In this document: piece after piece, positions 39,873-51,267 of the stretch | Position numbering within the stretch: the stretch's first letter is position 1 | Layout of the letters: each line of letters opens with the position of its first letter | Assembly: GCA_963708075.1 (NCBI GenBank) | Contig: OY970194.1 | Span: forward strand, 3,872,001 to 3,936,000 | Direction: 5' to 3' | DNA: 64,000 bases | Origin: Sedimentisphaerales bacterium | Lineage (GTDB): Bacteria; Planctomycetota; Phycisphaerae; Sedimentisphaerales; Anaerobacaceae | The notes under the pieces: model-generated | Databases searched by the model: none | The model's input: the letters and a program-made list of their open reading frames with translations, nothing else | What the model was told of the DNA's origin: nothing | Translations under genes and position numbers: made by a program

Positions 39873-41440
39873 AGTGTCGTAATCTCTCCTATCGGGACTC
39901 TTGTCTCATTGGTTCGGCCCGGGGCGGATTTCTTTGCAGCGCCAGGCCTGTAGCTTGGATTGCGCACCGGTACGACGGCTCCAGTGTCGGCGAGGAATCT
40001 CGTGATGAGCGAGTTCAGTTCGCGGACGAGTTCGGGCTTCGCGGCGGCGAGGTTCTTCGTTTCACCAAGGTCATCGCGCAGGTTATAGAGCTCGAGCTGG
40101 TCGGTACCGTCGTCGTTCTGTGCGTACAGGCGGATGAGTTTCCAATCGCCGCGCCGCACACTGGTCCCGGGATGCTGGCCACTTGCTGGCGTGTCGTGCG
40201 GAAAGTGACAGAAGATGGTGTCGCGCGCGAGCGTACCGCCTTTAAGCAGCGGCGCGAGGCTCACGCCGTCGGGCTTGGCACTCAGCGGCAGTGGCACGCC
40301 GGCCATGTCGAGCAGTGTCGGCATCCAATCGATGCTCTGAATCACGGTGTCGTTCACCGTGCCGGGCTTTGTCACGCCCGGCCACACGACGATGCATGGC
40401 TCACGCACGCCACCCTCGTAAAGGCTCGCCTTGCCGTTTCGCAAAGGGAGGTTGCTCGTGGGGGGCGAGGTCATATCTGCCTGAAAGCGAGCACTCTTGT
40501 GTTCCACGACGTCACCTTTGCCGCCCCAACTTATGCCGCCATTGTCGGAAAAGAAAACGATGATGGTCCGGTCGGCGATACCGTATTCCTCCAGCGCGGC
40601 GAGCACGCGGCCCACGCCGTCGTCGAGGCTCTCGACCATCGCGCCATAGACAGGGTTGCGCTGCGGATTCCCCGGGTCGGCGCGATTGCGATACTTCGCT
40701 ACGAGCTCGTCCTTCGCGTCGTACGGCGCATGGACGCTGAACGGCCAGTAGTTCACGTAGAACGGGCGGTCCTTATTCTCACGGATGAACTTCACAACGT
40801 GCGACGATACCGTGTCCTCAATGTGCTCGCCGGGTCTGCTCTCGACCTTGAGTGTGGCCGGGAATTTCCACGGCGCGATGTAGCTGCCCGCCGGCCCAGG
40901 CCCCGGCCAGTGCGGCCAGTCCACATCGAAGCCGTGCTGCAATGCTGAATACGGCTCCGCGCCGAGATGCCATTTGCCGAAATGTCCCGTGCGATAGCCC
41001 GCATCGCGCAGCACCTTCGGCAGTGTGATGTAGTCGGTTTTCAAACGCGTGACGCTGTTCGCAACGAGCACAGGCATGTTCGGATTGCCCTTCGCGAGCT
41101 GCTTATCTAGAACAACCTGCGGCACGTGACAAGCCGGCGCCGTGATGCCCGTGCGCGCCGGCCACAAGCCCGTGAGCACACTGCTCCGCGTCGGCGAGCA
41201 CAGCGGATTCGCCGCATAGGCCTGCGTGAACCTCACGCCGCGGGCGGCAAGCCTGTCGAGGTTGGGCGTCTGGTGAAACTGGCTGCCAAAGCAACCCAGG
41301 TCCCGCCAGCCGAGATCGTCGGCCATGATGAAGAGGATGTTGGGTTTCACGGGTGTTGCAGCATCAGTCGCCGGCCAAACGGCCGACGGAGCCAGCAACA
41401 GGGCGGCAATGATACCAGCGATCTGTTTTGTGTGGGTCAT
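39791..41440 (-). CDS. Sulfatase (Cys-type)
   Basis: PNILFIMADDLG, CSPTR, GKWHLG, SVHAP, SDNGG. The 3' end overlaps the next gene by 82 nt, so the true stop may be near 39890. Confidence 0.9.
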   Translation of the reverse strand: MTHTKQIAGIIAALLLAPSAVWPATDAATPVKPNILFIMADDLGWRDLGCFGSQFHQTPNLDRLAARGVRFTQAYAANPLCSPTRSSVLTGLWPARTGITAPACHVPQVVLDKQLAKGNPNMPVLVANSVTRLKTDYITLPKVLRDAGYRTGHFGKWHLGAEPYSALQHGFDVDWPHWPGPGPAGSYIAPWKFPATLKVESRPGEHIEDTVSSHVVKFIRENKDRPFYVNYWPFSVHAPYDAKDELVAKYRNRADPGNPQRNPVYGAMVESLDDGVGRVLAALEEYGIADRTIIVFFSDNGGISWGGKGDVVEHKSARFQADMTSPPTSNLPLRNGKASLYEGGVREPCIVVWPGVTKPGTVNDTVIQSIDWMPTLLDMAGVPLPLSAKPDGVSLAPLLKGGTLARDTIFCHFPHDTPASGQHPGTSVRRGDWKLIRLYAQNDDGTDQLELYNLRDDLGETKNLAAAKPELVRELNSLITRFLADTGAVVPVRNPSYRPGAAKKSAPGRTNETRVPIGEITTLWHDGYLPPFCWLRWRHSTPASGPTSS

Positions 41441-41469
41441 TGTCTTGAGTCCGGCGATTTATCGAGGCA

Positions 41470-42903
41470 TCAGCGCAAAGGCGTCGGCAGGAAGTCCCAG
41501 TCGAGGACCATCTTCTCGGTTAACGCCTCCTTGAGCTCGCGCTCGACCTGGGCATATTTCTTGTTTCCGGCAAGATTCGTGAGTTCGCCTGGGTCTGCGT
41601 CAAGATCGTAGAGCTCATACGTGGAGCGAGGAGTCGTGAAGTAGGCACGCACGAATTCCGGCGCCAGCTTGCCCTCGGCGAAGGCGGCTTTCATCTCCTG
41701 CCAGCCGGGATCACGCTGACTGTCCACGGGCGCCACCGCCTGGTGCGGGGTGCAATTGTAGATGAGCTTGAAGTCCGCCGAACGAACGCAGCGGGCAAGG
41801 TCGAACGTGGAGGCGAGGACATCGGGCTTCATACCACCGTCGCCGCCGTGCGGGCCGCGCTCGGCGAAGATATACTTGCGTCCCTCAAACACTTCGTCTT
41901 TGAGCAGCTTCAGATAACTGACGCCGCTCATTTCCTTCGGCGGGATAACACCCGCGATTTCAAGCATGGTGGGGGCAAAGTCCTCCCCGGAGACCAGCGT
42001 GCGCGTTACAGCGCCGGGCTTGACTATGCCGGGCCAACGTACCAGCAGAGGCACGCCGATGCCGGGATCACAGAGCGTACCCTTGCCATGCGGGAAGGCC
42101 ATGCCGTTGTCTCCCATGAAGACGACAACCGTATTGTCCGCAACGCCGCGTTTTTCGAGCATGTCGAGCACGGACTGCACGTCGCCGTCGAGGTGCTCCA
42201 CCTCGGCAATGTAACGGGCAAGATCGCTGCGCACTCCCGGCAGGTCGGGCAGGTGCGCCGGCAGCGTGAGTTTGGCAGGATCAGGCACACCCCGGGGGCC
42301 TTGTGTCTCCCACACGTGGTGGGGATCGCTGAAGCCCAGCCAGAAGAACCACGGCTTTCCCTTGGGAGCCGCATCGAGGAAGGCAGCCAGCTTGCCGCCG
42401 AAGTCTCGCATGGCGCCAGGTTTCTCGACGTAATCCACCCGGTGCGTGAAGGTGCGCAGGTCATATCGGTCGAGGACTCCGCCGATGGTCGGCGCACCCC
42501 GCTGCCCACCGGTCGACGGGCCATCCAAGTGATATGTGCGTCCGGCCACGCCGGTGAAGTACCCCGCTTTATCGCGGAGCAGATCGGGCAGCGCAGGCAG
42601 CTCGGCGGGCAGCGGTGACGTGAACCGAACCATCCGAACCGCCACGGGCGAACGACCTGTCATCAACGACGCGCGGGACGGCACGCATTGTGGGCAGGCG
42701 ACGAACATCCGGTCGAAGCGCAAGCCCTGTGACGCCAGCCGGTCGAGGTTCGGCGTAAGGACGTCCTTGTTTCCGTAGCAGCCCAGGTAGGGGTAGCTGT
42801 GATCATCGGAGAGCAAGAACAGAATATTTGGCTTTTCCGCGGCCCTGGAATGAGCGCCCAAAAGACAAAGACACGCCAGAAATGACCATCGTACCGTCTT
42901 CAT
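41470..42903 (-). CDS. Sulfatase (sulfamidase-like)
   Basis: PNILFLLSDDH, CVPSR, DPHH, LPDLPGVR.D, GDNG..FP..KG. Confidence 0.92.
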   Translation of the reverse strand: MKTVRWSFLACLCLLGAHSRAAEKPNILFLLSDDHSYPYLGCYGNKDVLTPNLDRLASQGLRFDRMFVACPQCVPSRASLMTGRSPVAVRMVRFTSPLPAELPALPDLLRDKAGYFTGVAGRTYHLDGPSTGGQRGAPTIGGVLDRYDLRTFTHRVDYVEKPGAMRDFGGKLAAFLDAAPKGKPWFFWLGFSDPHHVWETQGPRGVPDPAKLTLPAHLPDLPGVRSDLARYIAEVEHLDGDVQSVLDMLEKRGVADNTVVVFMGDNGMAFPHGKGTLCDPGIGVPLLVRWPGIVKPGAVTRTLVSGEDFAPTMLEIAGVIPPKEMSGVSYLKLLKDEVFEGRKYIFAERGPHGGDGGMKPDVLASTFDLARCVRSADFKLIYNCTPHQAVAPVDSQRDPGWQEMKAAFAEGKLAPEFVRAYFTTPRSTYELYDLDADPGELTNLAGNKKYAQVERELKEALTEKMVLDWDFLPTPLR

Positions 42904-42915
42904 AGTCTCTCCAAT

Positions 42916-44958
42916 TCAAGGCTTCCACTCACCGCTGAACAGGCGCACCCGCTCGATCCATCCGGTGAACTTGGGCAGGACAGGCTCGACCACCGGGCTG
43001 CCCAGATCGGCGCCGATTTGCATGGCTTCATTGGGATTGTGCGCGATCAATCCCGGCAACGCCGTGTCGGCAACGAGCTTGCCATCTACCTGGAGCGTGG
43101 CCCTCCGGCCGGACGTGATCGTGCCCAAAACGGTGGTCCAATCACTTACTCTCACCCCCGCCTCGGCTGTGATCGATTTGCCATCGATGACCACGGTGAA
43201 AGCGGGCCTGCCCTCTTTCAGCCAGAGTGCATAGCCATGTGTCCTTCCGCCCCGGGCCAGGATCATGCCGTCGGGTTCCTCCGACTTGAAAACGGCCTCC
43301 ACAGTCCACGCGCGGTCGGTCGGGTCCAGAGAGTCCGATTTTGGCACCTCCACCCAGCCATCACCCTGTAAGCGAAGGGCCTTCTTGCCGTCGCGTCCAT
43401 CGACGAGTACCGCATTGTGCGTCTGGCCGTGATTCTCGTAGCCGCTGAGGTCTGAAACGCGATCGCCCTCCAGTTTCGCAAAATCGAAGTGCAGCCGAAG
43501 CCCCGGCGTCGCATCCGCCTTCCAGTCCAACCCGCCGGGCTTGCCCCACCACGGGGGCCGGTCCACATACTCCGGCACACGATAGCCGACTTCATTCGCC
43601 AGCCGGTCGTGCTCGGCTTCCATCTTCGCTCGTAATGCCGCGTAGTTCGGATCCTTGAATAGATTCGACATTTCGTAGGGATCGCTCTTGAGATCGAACA
43701 GCTCGGTCCAATCGTCGTGGCCGGGGTATCGGATGAGCTTGGCGCCGGCAGTCCGCACGGCGGTGATGTCCGGCACGCGGGAGTTCTTCTGATTCTCGGC
43801 AAAGTACTCGTAGAACCAGGATTGCCGCCAGCGAATCCGGTCCCCGGTCAGCAGCGGGCGCCAACTGCGGCCCTGCATGTCCGCGGTTGCAGGCACGCCC
43901 GCGAAATCCAGCAGCGTCTGCGCCAGGTCGAGGTTCAGGACCATTTCATTGACCACGCGGCCCCGGACCTTGGCGCCGAGCGACGGATCGCGAACCAGCA
44001 ACGGGACGCGCAGACTCTCGTCGTAGGCGCTGCGTTTGTCGCCCAGGCCATGCTCACCCAGGTAGTACCCATTGTCGCTCGTGTAGATAACGACAGTGTT
44101 CTGTGCGAACCCCAGCTCGCCGAGGGCATCGAGCAATCGTCCAAGGCAATCGTCCGCCGCACTAACGCAGCGGAAGTAATCAAGGTTCACAGACACCGTG
44201 CCGGCCGTAAGATCGACCGTGCGACCGCGGGCCGCAGAGCCCATGTAGGGTGCGGGGGTGTTCAGATTCGGCACGACGTGGGCCTGCTCGTTTGCAAACC
44301 GGTCCTTCGCCCGCTCAGGAGGCTCGGTTGGTCCATGCGGCGACTTGAAGCCGACGACCAGCAACCACGGCTTGCCGCTGCTCTTCTGGCTCTTCATGAA
44401 CTCGATCGCGTAGTCGGTGGAGATGTCGTCGATCCAGCCTTTGGTCGGCGTGTCCTTGCCGTCCACGATGAAGGTTGGGTCCCAATAGCGGGCGTGGCCG
44501 ATGAAGGAATAGTGATGATCGAAGCCGGGACGTTCGCGCTGACTGTCCATGTGCCACTTGCCGACGTAGGCGGTCGTGTAGCCCGCCGCACGCAGCAGCG
44601 AGGCGTGCGTGACATCCTCGATGGGGAACGGACGGAAGTTTGAGGCAATTCCATTGAAGTGGTTGTAGCGTCCGGTGAGGTTGACCGCCCGGCTGGGCGC
44701 GCAAAGCGAACACACGACGAAGGCATTGCGGAACCGCACGCCGTCGGCCGCCAGGCGGTCCATGTTCGGCGTTTGGAACCATGGAAAACGCCCCCGCCCG
44801 CCCTGCTCCTTCTGGACAACAGACACGGCGTCGTATCGCTGGTCGTCCGTGTAGATGAACAGGAGATTAGGCCGCCCCGCCGCCCGCAGGACAGATCCAG
44901 ACAACATCGCGAACAAAAGGAGAAGACATGCTCTTATGAGGCTCGCAGTCTTTTGCAT
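42916..44958 (-). CDS. Sulfatase (GlcNAc-6-sulfatase-like) with C-terminal LamG domain
   Basis: PNLLFIYTDDQR, CAPSR, KSPH, SDNGYYLGEHGLGDKR, C-terminal D.SG..NHG...WTVEA...GMILARGG. Confidence 0.93.
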   Translation of the reverse strand: MQKTASLIRACLLLLFAMLSGSVLRAAGRPNLLFIYTDDQRYDAVSVVQKEQGGRGRFPWFQTPNMDRLAADGVRFRNAFVVCSLCAPSRAVNLTGRYNHFNGIASNFRPFPIEDVTHASLLRAAGYTTAYVGKWHMDSQRERPGFDHHYSFIGHARYWDPTFIVDGKDTPTKGWIDDISTDYAIEFMKSQKSSGKPWLLVVGFKSPHGPTEPPERAKDRFANEQAHVVPNLNTPAPYMGSAARGRTVDLTAGTVSVNLDYFRCVSAADDCLGRLLDALGELGFAQNTVVIYTSDNGYYLGEHGLGDKRSAYDESLRVPLLVRDPSLGAKVRGRVVNEMVLNLDLAQTLLDFAGVPATADMQGRSWRPLLTGDRIRWRQSWFYEYFAENQKNSRVPDITAVRTAGAKLIRYPGHDDWTELFDLKSDPYEMSNLFKDPNYAALRAKMEAEHDRLANEVGYRVPEYVDRPPWWGKPGGLDWKADATPGLRLHFDFAKLEGDRVSDLSGYENHGQTHNAVLVDGRDGKKALRLQGDGWVEVPKSDSLDPTDRAWTVEAVFKSEEPDGMILARGGRTHGYALWLKEGRPAFTVVIDGKSITAEAGVRVSDWTTVLGTITSGRRATLQVDGKLVADTALPGLIAHNPNEAMQIGADLGSPVVEPVLPKFTGWIERVRLFSGEWKP

Positions 44959-45067
44959 GATGGGTCACACCCCTGCCCAAACCGTTTGGAAACATACCTG
45001 ACAATCGTGATTGTGCAACGTTGATCGCTCTGCGTCAACCTAACCACATGGCGAGGACGATGGTACA

Positions 45068-46507
45068 TCATCGTCCCGCTGCCTTGCGCTTCGCCTTCTT
45101 TTCGGCCGGCTGCCCGCGTTTCGCGCCGGCGGCATTGCTCGGACGCTCCGGGGCGTTGATCTTGCGGCGCGAACTTTGCCAGTTCCGCCTTTACGGAAGT
45201 GTACTGTGGATCCTTCGCCAGATTGGTCCATTCGTACGGGTCTTTGTCGTGGTTGTAAAGCTCCTCGCTGCCATCGGCGTAGCGGATGTACCGCCATGTC
45301 TCGCTGCGGATGCTGTGATTGTCCTTGTGGAACGTCGTCACGGCGGCGTGATCCCACGCGGTCCTGGGGTCCTCCAGCAGCGGGCGGATGTTGTGGCCCT
45401 CGACATGCGCCGGCCGCGGCACACCCGCGAGGTCGCACAGCGTCGGGTACACGCTCATGAAGTCCACGGGTCGTTCGCAGATACCGCCGGGCTTCGTGAC
45501 CCCGGGTGCGGACCAGATGAACACAGTTCGCGCCGCCTCCTCCCACAAAGCGAACTTTCGCCAATGGGATTTCTCGCCGAGGTGCCAGCCGTGGTCGCTC
45601 CAGAAGCAGATAATCGTGTTGTCGCGATAGGCCGATTTCTGCAAGCCGTCGATGAGGCGGCCAACCTGGGCGTCGCAGAAGGCAATTGTCGCCAGGTACG
45701 CCTGCACCGCGTCCTTCCAACGGCCGGACTTGAGAATCGCGGCGTGGTCGCCATCCGGCTTGGCCATCTTGATCCCGGCGGCGGGCACGTCGTCGAGGTC
45801 GTCGTCGCGATGCGGCGGCAACTGGATCGTTTCGAGTGGGAACATATCGAAGTATTTTTTCGGCACGCTGAAAGGCATATGCGGTTTGACCAGCCCGATG
45901 GCCAGAAAGAACGGCTTGTCATGTTTCTGGCCGAGCTTGTCAATTCCATAGCTGACCACCTTGTAGTCCGGCATGTCCTCGTCCAGACAATCGAGCGGGT
46001 AAAACTTGATCCCGCCTACGCCATCATCGGGGTCCGAGGGATAACGCTTCAGATTGCCGCCGCCGTCCTTTTCAAAGTACTCCGCCCACTCGCCCTGGCG
46101 ATGATCGCTGCTGTGGTAGATCTTGCCGGCGCCGAAAACGTTGTAGCCGGCTTTAAGGAACTGCGTGGTGAGCGTTTGCTCCTTCGCGATGGCCAGCTTC
46201 CAGTCCTGCCCATTGTCGTAAACGCCCGTCGTACTGGCGCGCAGGCCGGACATCAGGGCGGCCCTCGACGGATTGCACACGGGCGCGGCACAGTTGGCGC
46301 GAGTGAATGTGACACCCATCTTCGCCAGCCGGTCGATGTTCGGCGTCTTCGTCTGCGGATTCAGCCCGAGATGGCCCACCCAATGGTTCAGATCGTCCAC
46401 CGCGATGAACAGAACATTGGGCTTTGCCGACGCGGCGGCAGCACTTGCCGCGGCAGTTCGTGCGCCGGCCCAGAACGCCAGAGAGCTGACCAGAAACTCG
46501 CGTCGTT

Positions 46508-46511
<4 letters not shown>
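45068..46511 (-). CDS. Tat-signal sulfatase (iduronate-2-sulfatase-like); frameshift near 45165
   Basis: [39 protein letters not shown]. The alternative frame after AKFAP reads KINAPE...[10 protein letters not shown] and removes the overlap with the next gene. Confidence 0.88.
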
Positions 46512-47921
<1,410 letters not shown>

Positions 47922-47939
47922 ACGGAGAATATCCTTTGG

Positions 47940-49463
47940 TTACTTGCGTTTGCCCTTCTTCTGTTTGTTGCCTGGTCGCGTCTTTTCCTGCCTGTTGACG
48001 GCCCGGGTGTAGTTGTCGCCATATACCGCAGTGAGGGCGGCCCTGCGCTTGTCAGGAGAGTATCGATTCTCGAAAGCCGGCAGGAGCGGATCGTGGGTTT
48101 GCTTCATCCAATCCTGGAGTTGGCCCCGCAGTCTATCAACGTCACCCTTATGCTCGGGCTTCTCCAGCAGGTTGACAAGGCAATCCGGGTCCTTCTGAAG
48201 ATCGTAGAACTCCTCCAAAGCCCGGTAGCGGAACATCCGGACACGCTCCGCAATACCAGGATCGCCTGGAGCGGCCTCGACCATTGCTTGCATGGTCAGC
48301 CCTTCATTGGCGTTTCGATAGAAGAATTGGCCGTCGCTCCAGGGGGTGAAGATGTAGCCGAACTGCTTGTCCTGAACGCACCGCATCGGGACCGCCTCGC
48401 CGCTTGACTGCATGTCGATTTGCGTAAAGACCCTGTCCCGCCCCGCCTGGCTCCGGCCTTTCAGCAGAGGCAGGAAAGAGAAGCCGTCGAGTCCCTTGGG
48501 GATGGGCAGGCCCGCCGCTTCGAGCACGGTGGGGAAGAAGTCGATTCCTGAGATGAAATGCTGTCCATCCACAGTCCCCGGCTTCACGACGCCGGGCCAG
48601 CGTGTGATCCAGGGAGTGCGCGTGCTGGCCAGGTAGGCATTGCACTTGGCGAAGGGGATGGCGATGCCGTTATCGGACAGAAACATGACGAGCGTGCTCT
48701 CCTCCAAACCCGATTCCTTCAAGGCACGCATCGTCGCGCCAAACGTATCATCCAGGCGACGGACAGAATTCAGGTAGTGGCTGAGTTCCCCACGGACACC
48801 CGGCAGATCGGGTACGAAGCCCGGGACCGACACATCCTTCGGCGCATATGTCCTCGAGGGCTCCTTCGCCCCTTTGATGGGCTCGCCAGGAATGTGATAG
48901 GGTCGATGCGGGTCGTGAGAATTGACCATGAAGTAAAATGGTCTTGTATCGCGGCGACACCTGGCAAGAAACTCCTGGCAATACGCATAGTACATCTGGG
49001 GATCCCGGCCGTTGCCAAGCTCGTTCTGGTCGTGGACAAAGTCCCAGCGATAAGCAGCCTTGGGCGTGGAGTGCCCCACCTTGCCGAGGACGCCCGTCCG
49101 GTAGCCCGCATCCCTGAGAGTCTCCATGATCGTCGGTACATCATGATCCGTGTGCATGAAGCCCATGATGCCGCTGTTGTGTCCATAGCGGCCTGTGGCA
49201 AGGACGCCTCGGCTCGGCTGACAGATGGCGACGTTGACATGGGCGTTCTCAAACCGCATGCCCTGGGCGGCAAAGGAATCCAGGTTCGGGGTGAAACCAG
49301 GGACCTTGCCCCCGAAACAACCGACGGAATCCCGGTGAAGGTCGTCCGCCGTGAACAGAAGGATATTCAGTCTTTCTGTCTCGGCCGCTCGGGCAAAGGC
49401 AGCCCCCTTCCAAGCTGAAGCAGCAGTCAGTCCAAGCATCTTGATGAAGGTGCGTCTGTTCAT
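47940..49463 (-). CDS. Tat-signal sulfatase (sulfamidase-like)
   Basis: MNRRTFIK, NILLFTADDL, CQPSR, DPHRPY, SDNG..PFAK. Confidence 0.92.
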   Translation of the reverse strand: MNRRTFIKMLGLTAASAWKGAAFARAAETERLNILLFTADDLHRDSVGCFGGKVPGFTPNLDSFAAQGMRFENAHVNVAICQPSRGVLATGRYGHNSGIMGFMHTDHDVPTIMETLRDAGYRTGVLGKVGHSTPKAAYRWDFVHDQNELGNGRDPQMYYAYCQEFLARCRRDTRPFYFMVNSHDPHRPYHIPGEPIKGAKEPSRTYAPKDVSVPGFVPDLPGVRGELSHYLNSVRRLDDTFGATMRALKESGLEESTLVMFLSDNGIAIPFAKCNAYLASTRTPWITRWPGVVKPGTVDGQHFISGIDFFPTVLEAAGLPIPKGLDGFSFLPLLKGRSQAGRDRVFTQIDMQSSGEAVPMRCVQDKQFGYIFTPWSDGQFFYRNANEGLTMQAMVEAAPGDPGIAERVRMFRYRALEEFYDLQKDPDCLVNLLEKPEHKGDVDRLRGQLQDWMKQTHDPLLPAFENRYSPDKRRAALTAVYGDNYTRAVNRQEKTRPGNKQKKGKRK

Positions 49464-49522
49464 TCTCATGCCTCTTCCATTCCAACCTTCAGCGAAGACT
49501 GAGCCGGTCACGTCTGCCCTCT

Positions 49523-49551
49523 ATGATACTTGCCAAGCGTCGCAGGTTCAA
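49523..49551 (-). promoter_or_regulatory. Sigma70-type promoter for the sulfatase operon
   Basis: Minus strand TTGAAC-17 bp-TATCAT, about 60 bp upstream of the first sulfatase gene. Confidence 0.5.
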
Positions 49552-49716
49552 TGACATGCCCTTCCCTTTATCTGCCGCAGCACTTCATCAGGCATCATGG
49601 GAGGGTGATTCCCCTATATTTGGAACTGGCATTTTCGGGCAAAGCCTGATATCTTGTTGGTGCCCTGATTCCAGGGGGTACCGTTTATGGTGTTTTCAAC
49701 GCGTGTGGTATATGAG

Positions 49717-51246
49717 ATGAAAACACGGTTCGCCGGCACGGCCATTTTTTGCAGCCTCGTCACCGTTTTGGGATCCTGCGCTCCCAAAGCCATTGAGAGT
49801 TATGACGAAGTCGGCCGGGAACCCAACCTGAGCCCTGACTATTCAGGGACGGTCATGCCCGCCAACATCGCCCCTCTGAATTTTCAGGTGCTGGAAGGCG
49901 GAGTGGCGTATTTCCTCACTATTCGATGCGACCGCGGGCGCCCCATAAGCATCTTCAGCAAAACGGGGCAGATGCGCATCCCCATTCGGCGATGGCACGC
50001 TCTGCTCGATGCCAACCGGGGCCGCGATGTCCTTTTCGACATCTACGTCAGGGATGCAGATCGCCGATGGAGGCGGTTTCGACCCGTCGTGAACACCATC
50101 GCACAGGAGGACATCGACGAGACCCTGGTGTTTCGGTTCATGAAGCCGGCGTACAGTTGGTGGAAGGACATAGGAATCTATCAGCGCAACCTCACCAATT
50201 ACGATGTGTCGGCAGTTCTGCACGGCCGGTCGTTTGGCGGAGCGTGTCTGAACTGTCACAGCTTTGTGGGCAACGATCCCGACACCATGACGATCAGCCT
50301 GCGAAGTGCGACGTACGGCAGCGACACGCTCCTCGCCCGCAACGGCGGCGTGGATAAGATCGGCGCCAAGTGGGGCTATGCGGCCTGGCACCCCAGCGGC
50401 GCCGTCGCGGTGTATTCGATCAACAAGGTGACCCAGTTCTTCCATGCGGGGGGAATGGAGGTCCGGGACGTGGCCGATCTTGACTCGGCGCTGGTCTGTT
50501 ATCGAGTCGAAAGCCAGAAGGCGACGTCTCCAAAGGAACTGGCTGACAAAGGGCGACTCGAAACCTATCCGGCGTGGTCTCCCGACGGCAAGTATCTCTA
50601 CTATTGCAGTGCGCCGATCCTGTGGAAAGATCGCAATGCCGTGCCGCCCGAGAACTACGAAAAGCTCAAGTACGACCTGCGACGCATCTCATATGACGTC
50701 GCAACGGACCAGTGGGGACAGGCCGAGACTATCCTTTCCGCCGAAGAGACGGACCAGAGCATCCTGCTGCCAAGGATATCGCCCGACGGACGCTTCCTGC
50801 TCTTCTGCATGTGCCGCTACGGCTGCTTCCCTGTCTATCAGCCCAGCAGCGACCTTTACCTCATGGACCTCACCACGAGGCAGTATCGCAAGCTCACCAT
50901 CAACAGCGAGTTTTCTGAATCGTGGCACAGTTGGTCCAGCAATAGCCGGTGGATCGCATTCAGCAGCAAGCGTCAGGGCGGCCTGTTCACCCGGACTTAC
51001 CTCAGCTATGTGGACCAGGCGGGGACGGTGCGCAAGCCCTTCGTCCTGCCGCAGCAGGACCCGGCCTACTACGATTCCTTGCTGGAGACGTACAGCGTCC
51101 CGGAACTGGTCAAAGGGCCAATCACAGTGAGAAAGTCTCAACTCGCCCGCGCTGCTCGTGCCAAGCCTTCTGTAGCACCTGAGATTCCGATCACGGGAGC
51201 AAGTCCAAAGGCTGTGCCAGTCGATCCCTGGCAGGAACGCGAATAA
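49717..51246 (+). CDS. TolB-like/PD40 beta-propeller lipoprotein with a single CxxCH motif
   Basis: Lipobox LGSC, P.NIAPLNF, CLNCH, repeats AWHPSG, PAWSPDG, PRISPDG and HSWSSNSRW. Confidence 0.85.
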   Translation: MKTRFAGTAIFCSLVTVLGSCAPKAIESYDEVGREPNLSPDYSGTVMPANIAPLNFQVLEGGVAYFLTIRCDRGRPISIFSKTGQMRIPIRRWHALLDANRGRDVLFDIYVRDADRRWRRFRPVVNTIAQEDIDETLVFRFMKPAYSWWKDIGIYQRNLTNYDVSAVLHGRSFGGACLNCHSFVGNDPDTMTISLRSATYGSDTLLARNGGVDKIGAKWGYAAWHPSGAVAVYSINKVTQFFHAGGMEVRDVADLDSALVCYRVESQKATSPKELADKGRLETYPAWSPDGKYLYYCSAPILWKDRNAVPPENYEKLKYDLRRISYDVATDQWGQAETILSAEETDQSILLPRISPDGRFLLFCMCRYGCFPVYQPSSDLYLMDLTTRQYRKLTINSEFSESWHSWSSNSRWIAFSSKRQGGLFTRTYLSYVDQAGTVRKPFVLPQQDPAYYDSLLETYSVPELVKGPITVRKSQLARAARAKPSVAPEIPITGASPKAVPVDPWQERE

Positions 51247-51267
51247 CCGGCCGGCTCGAACCAGGAG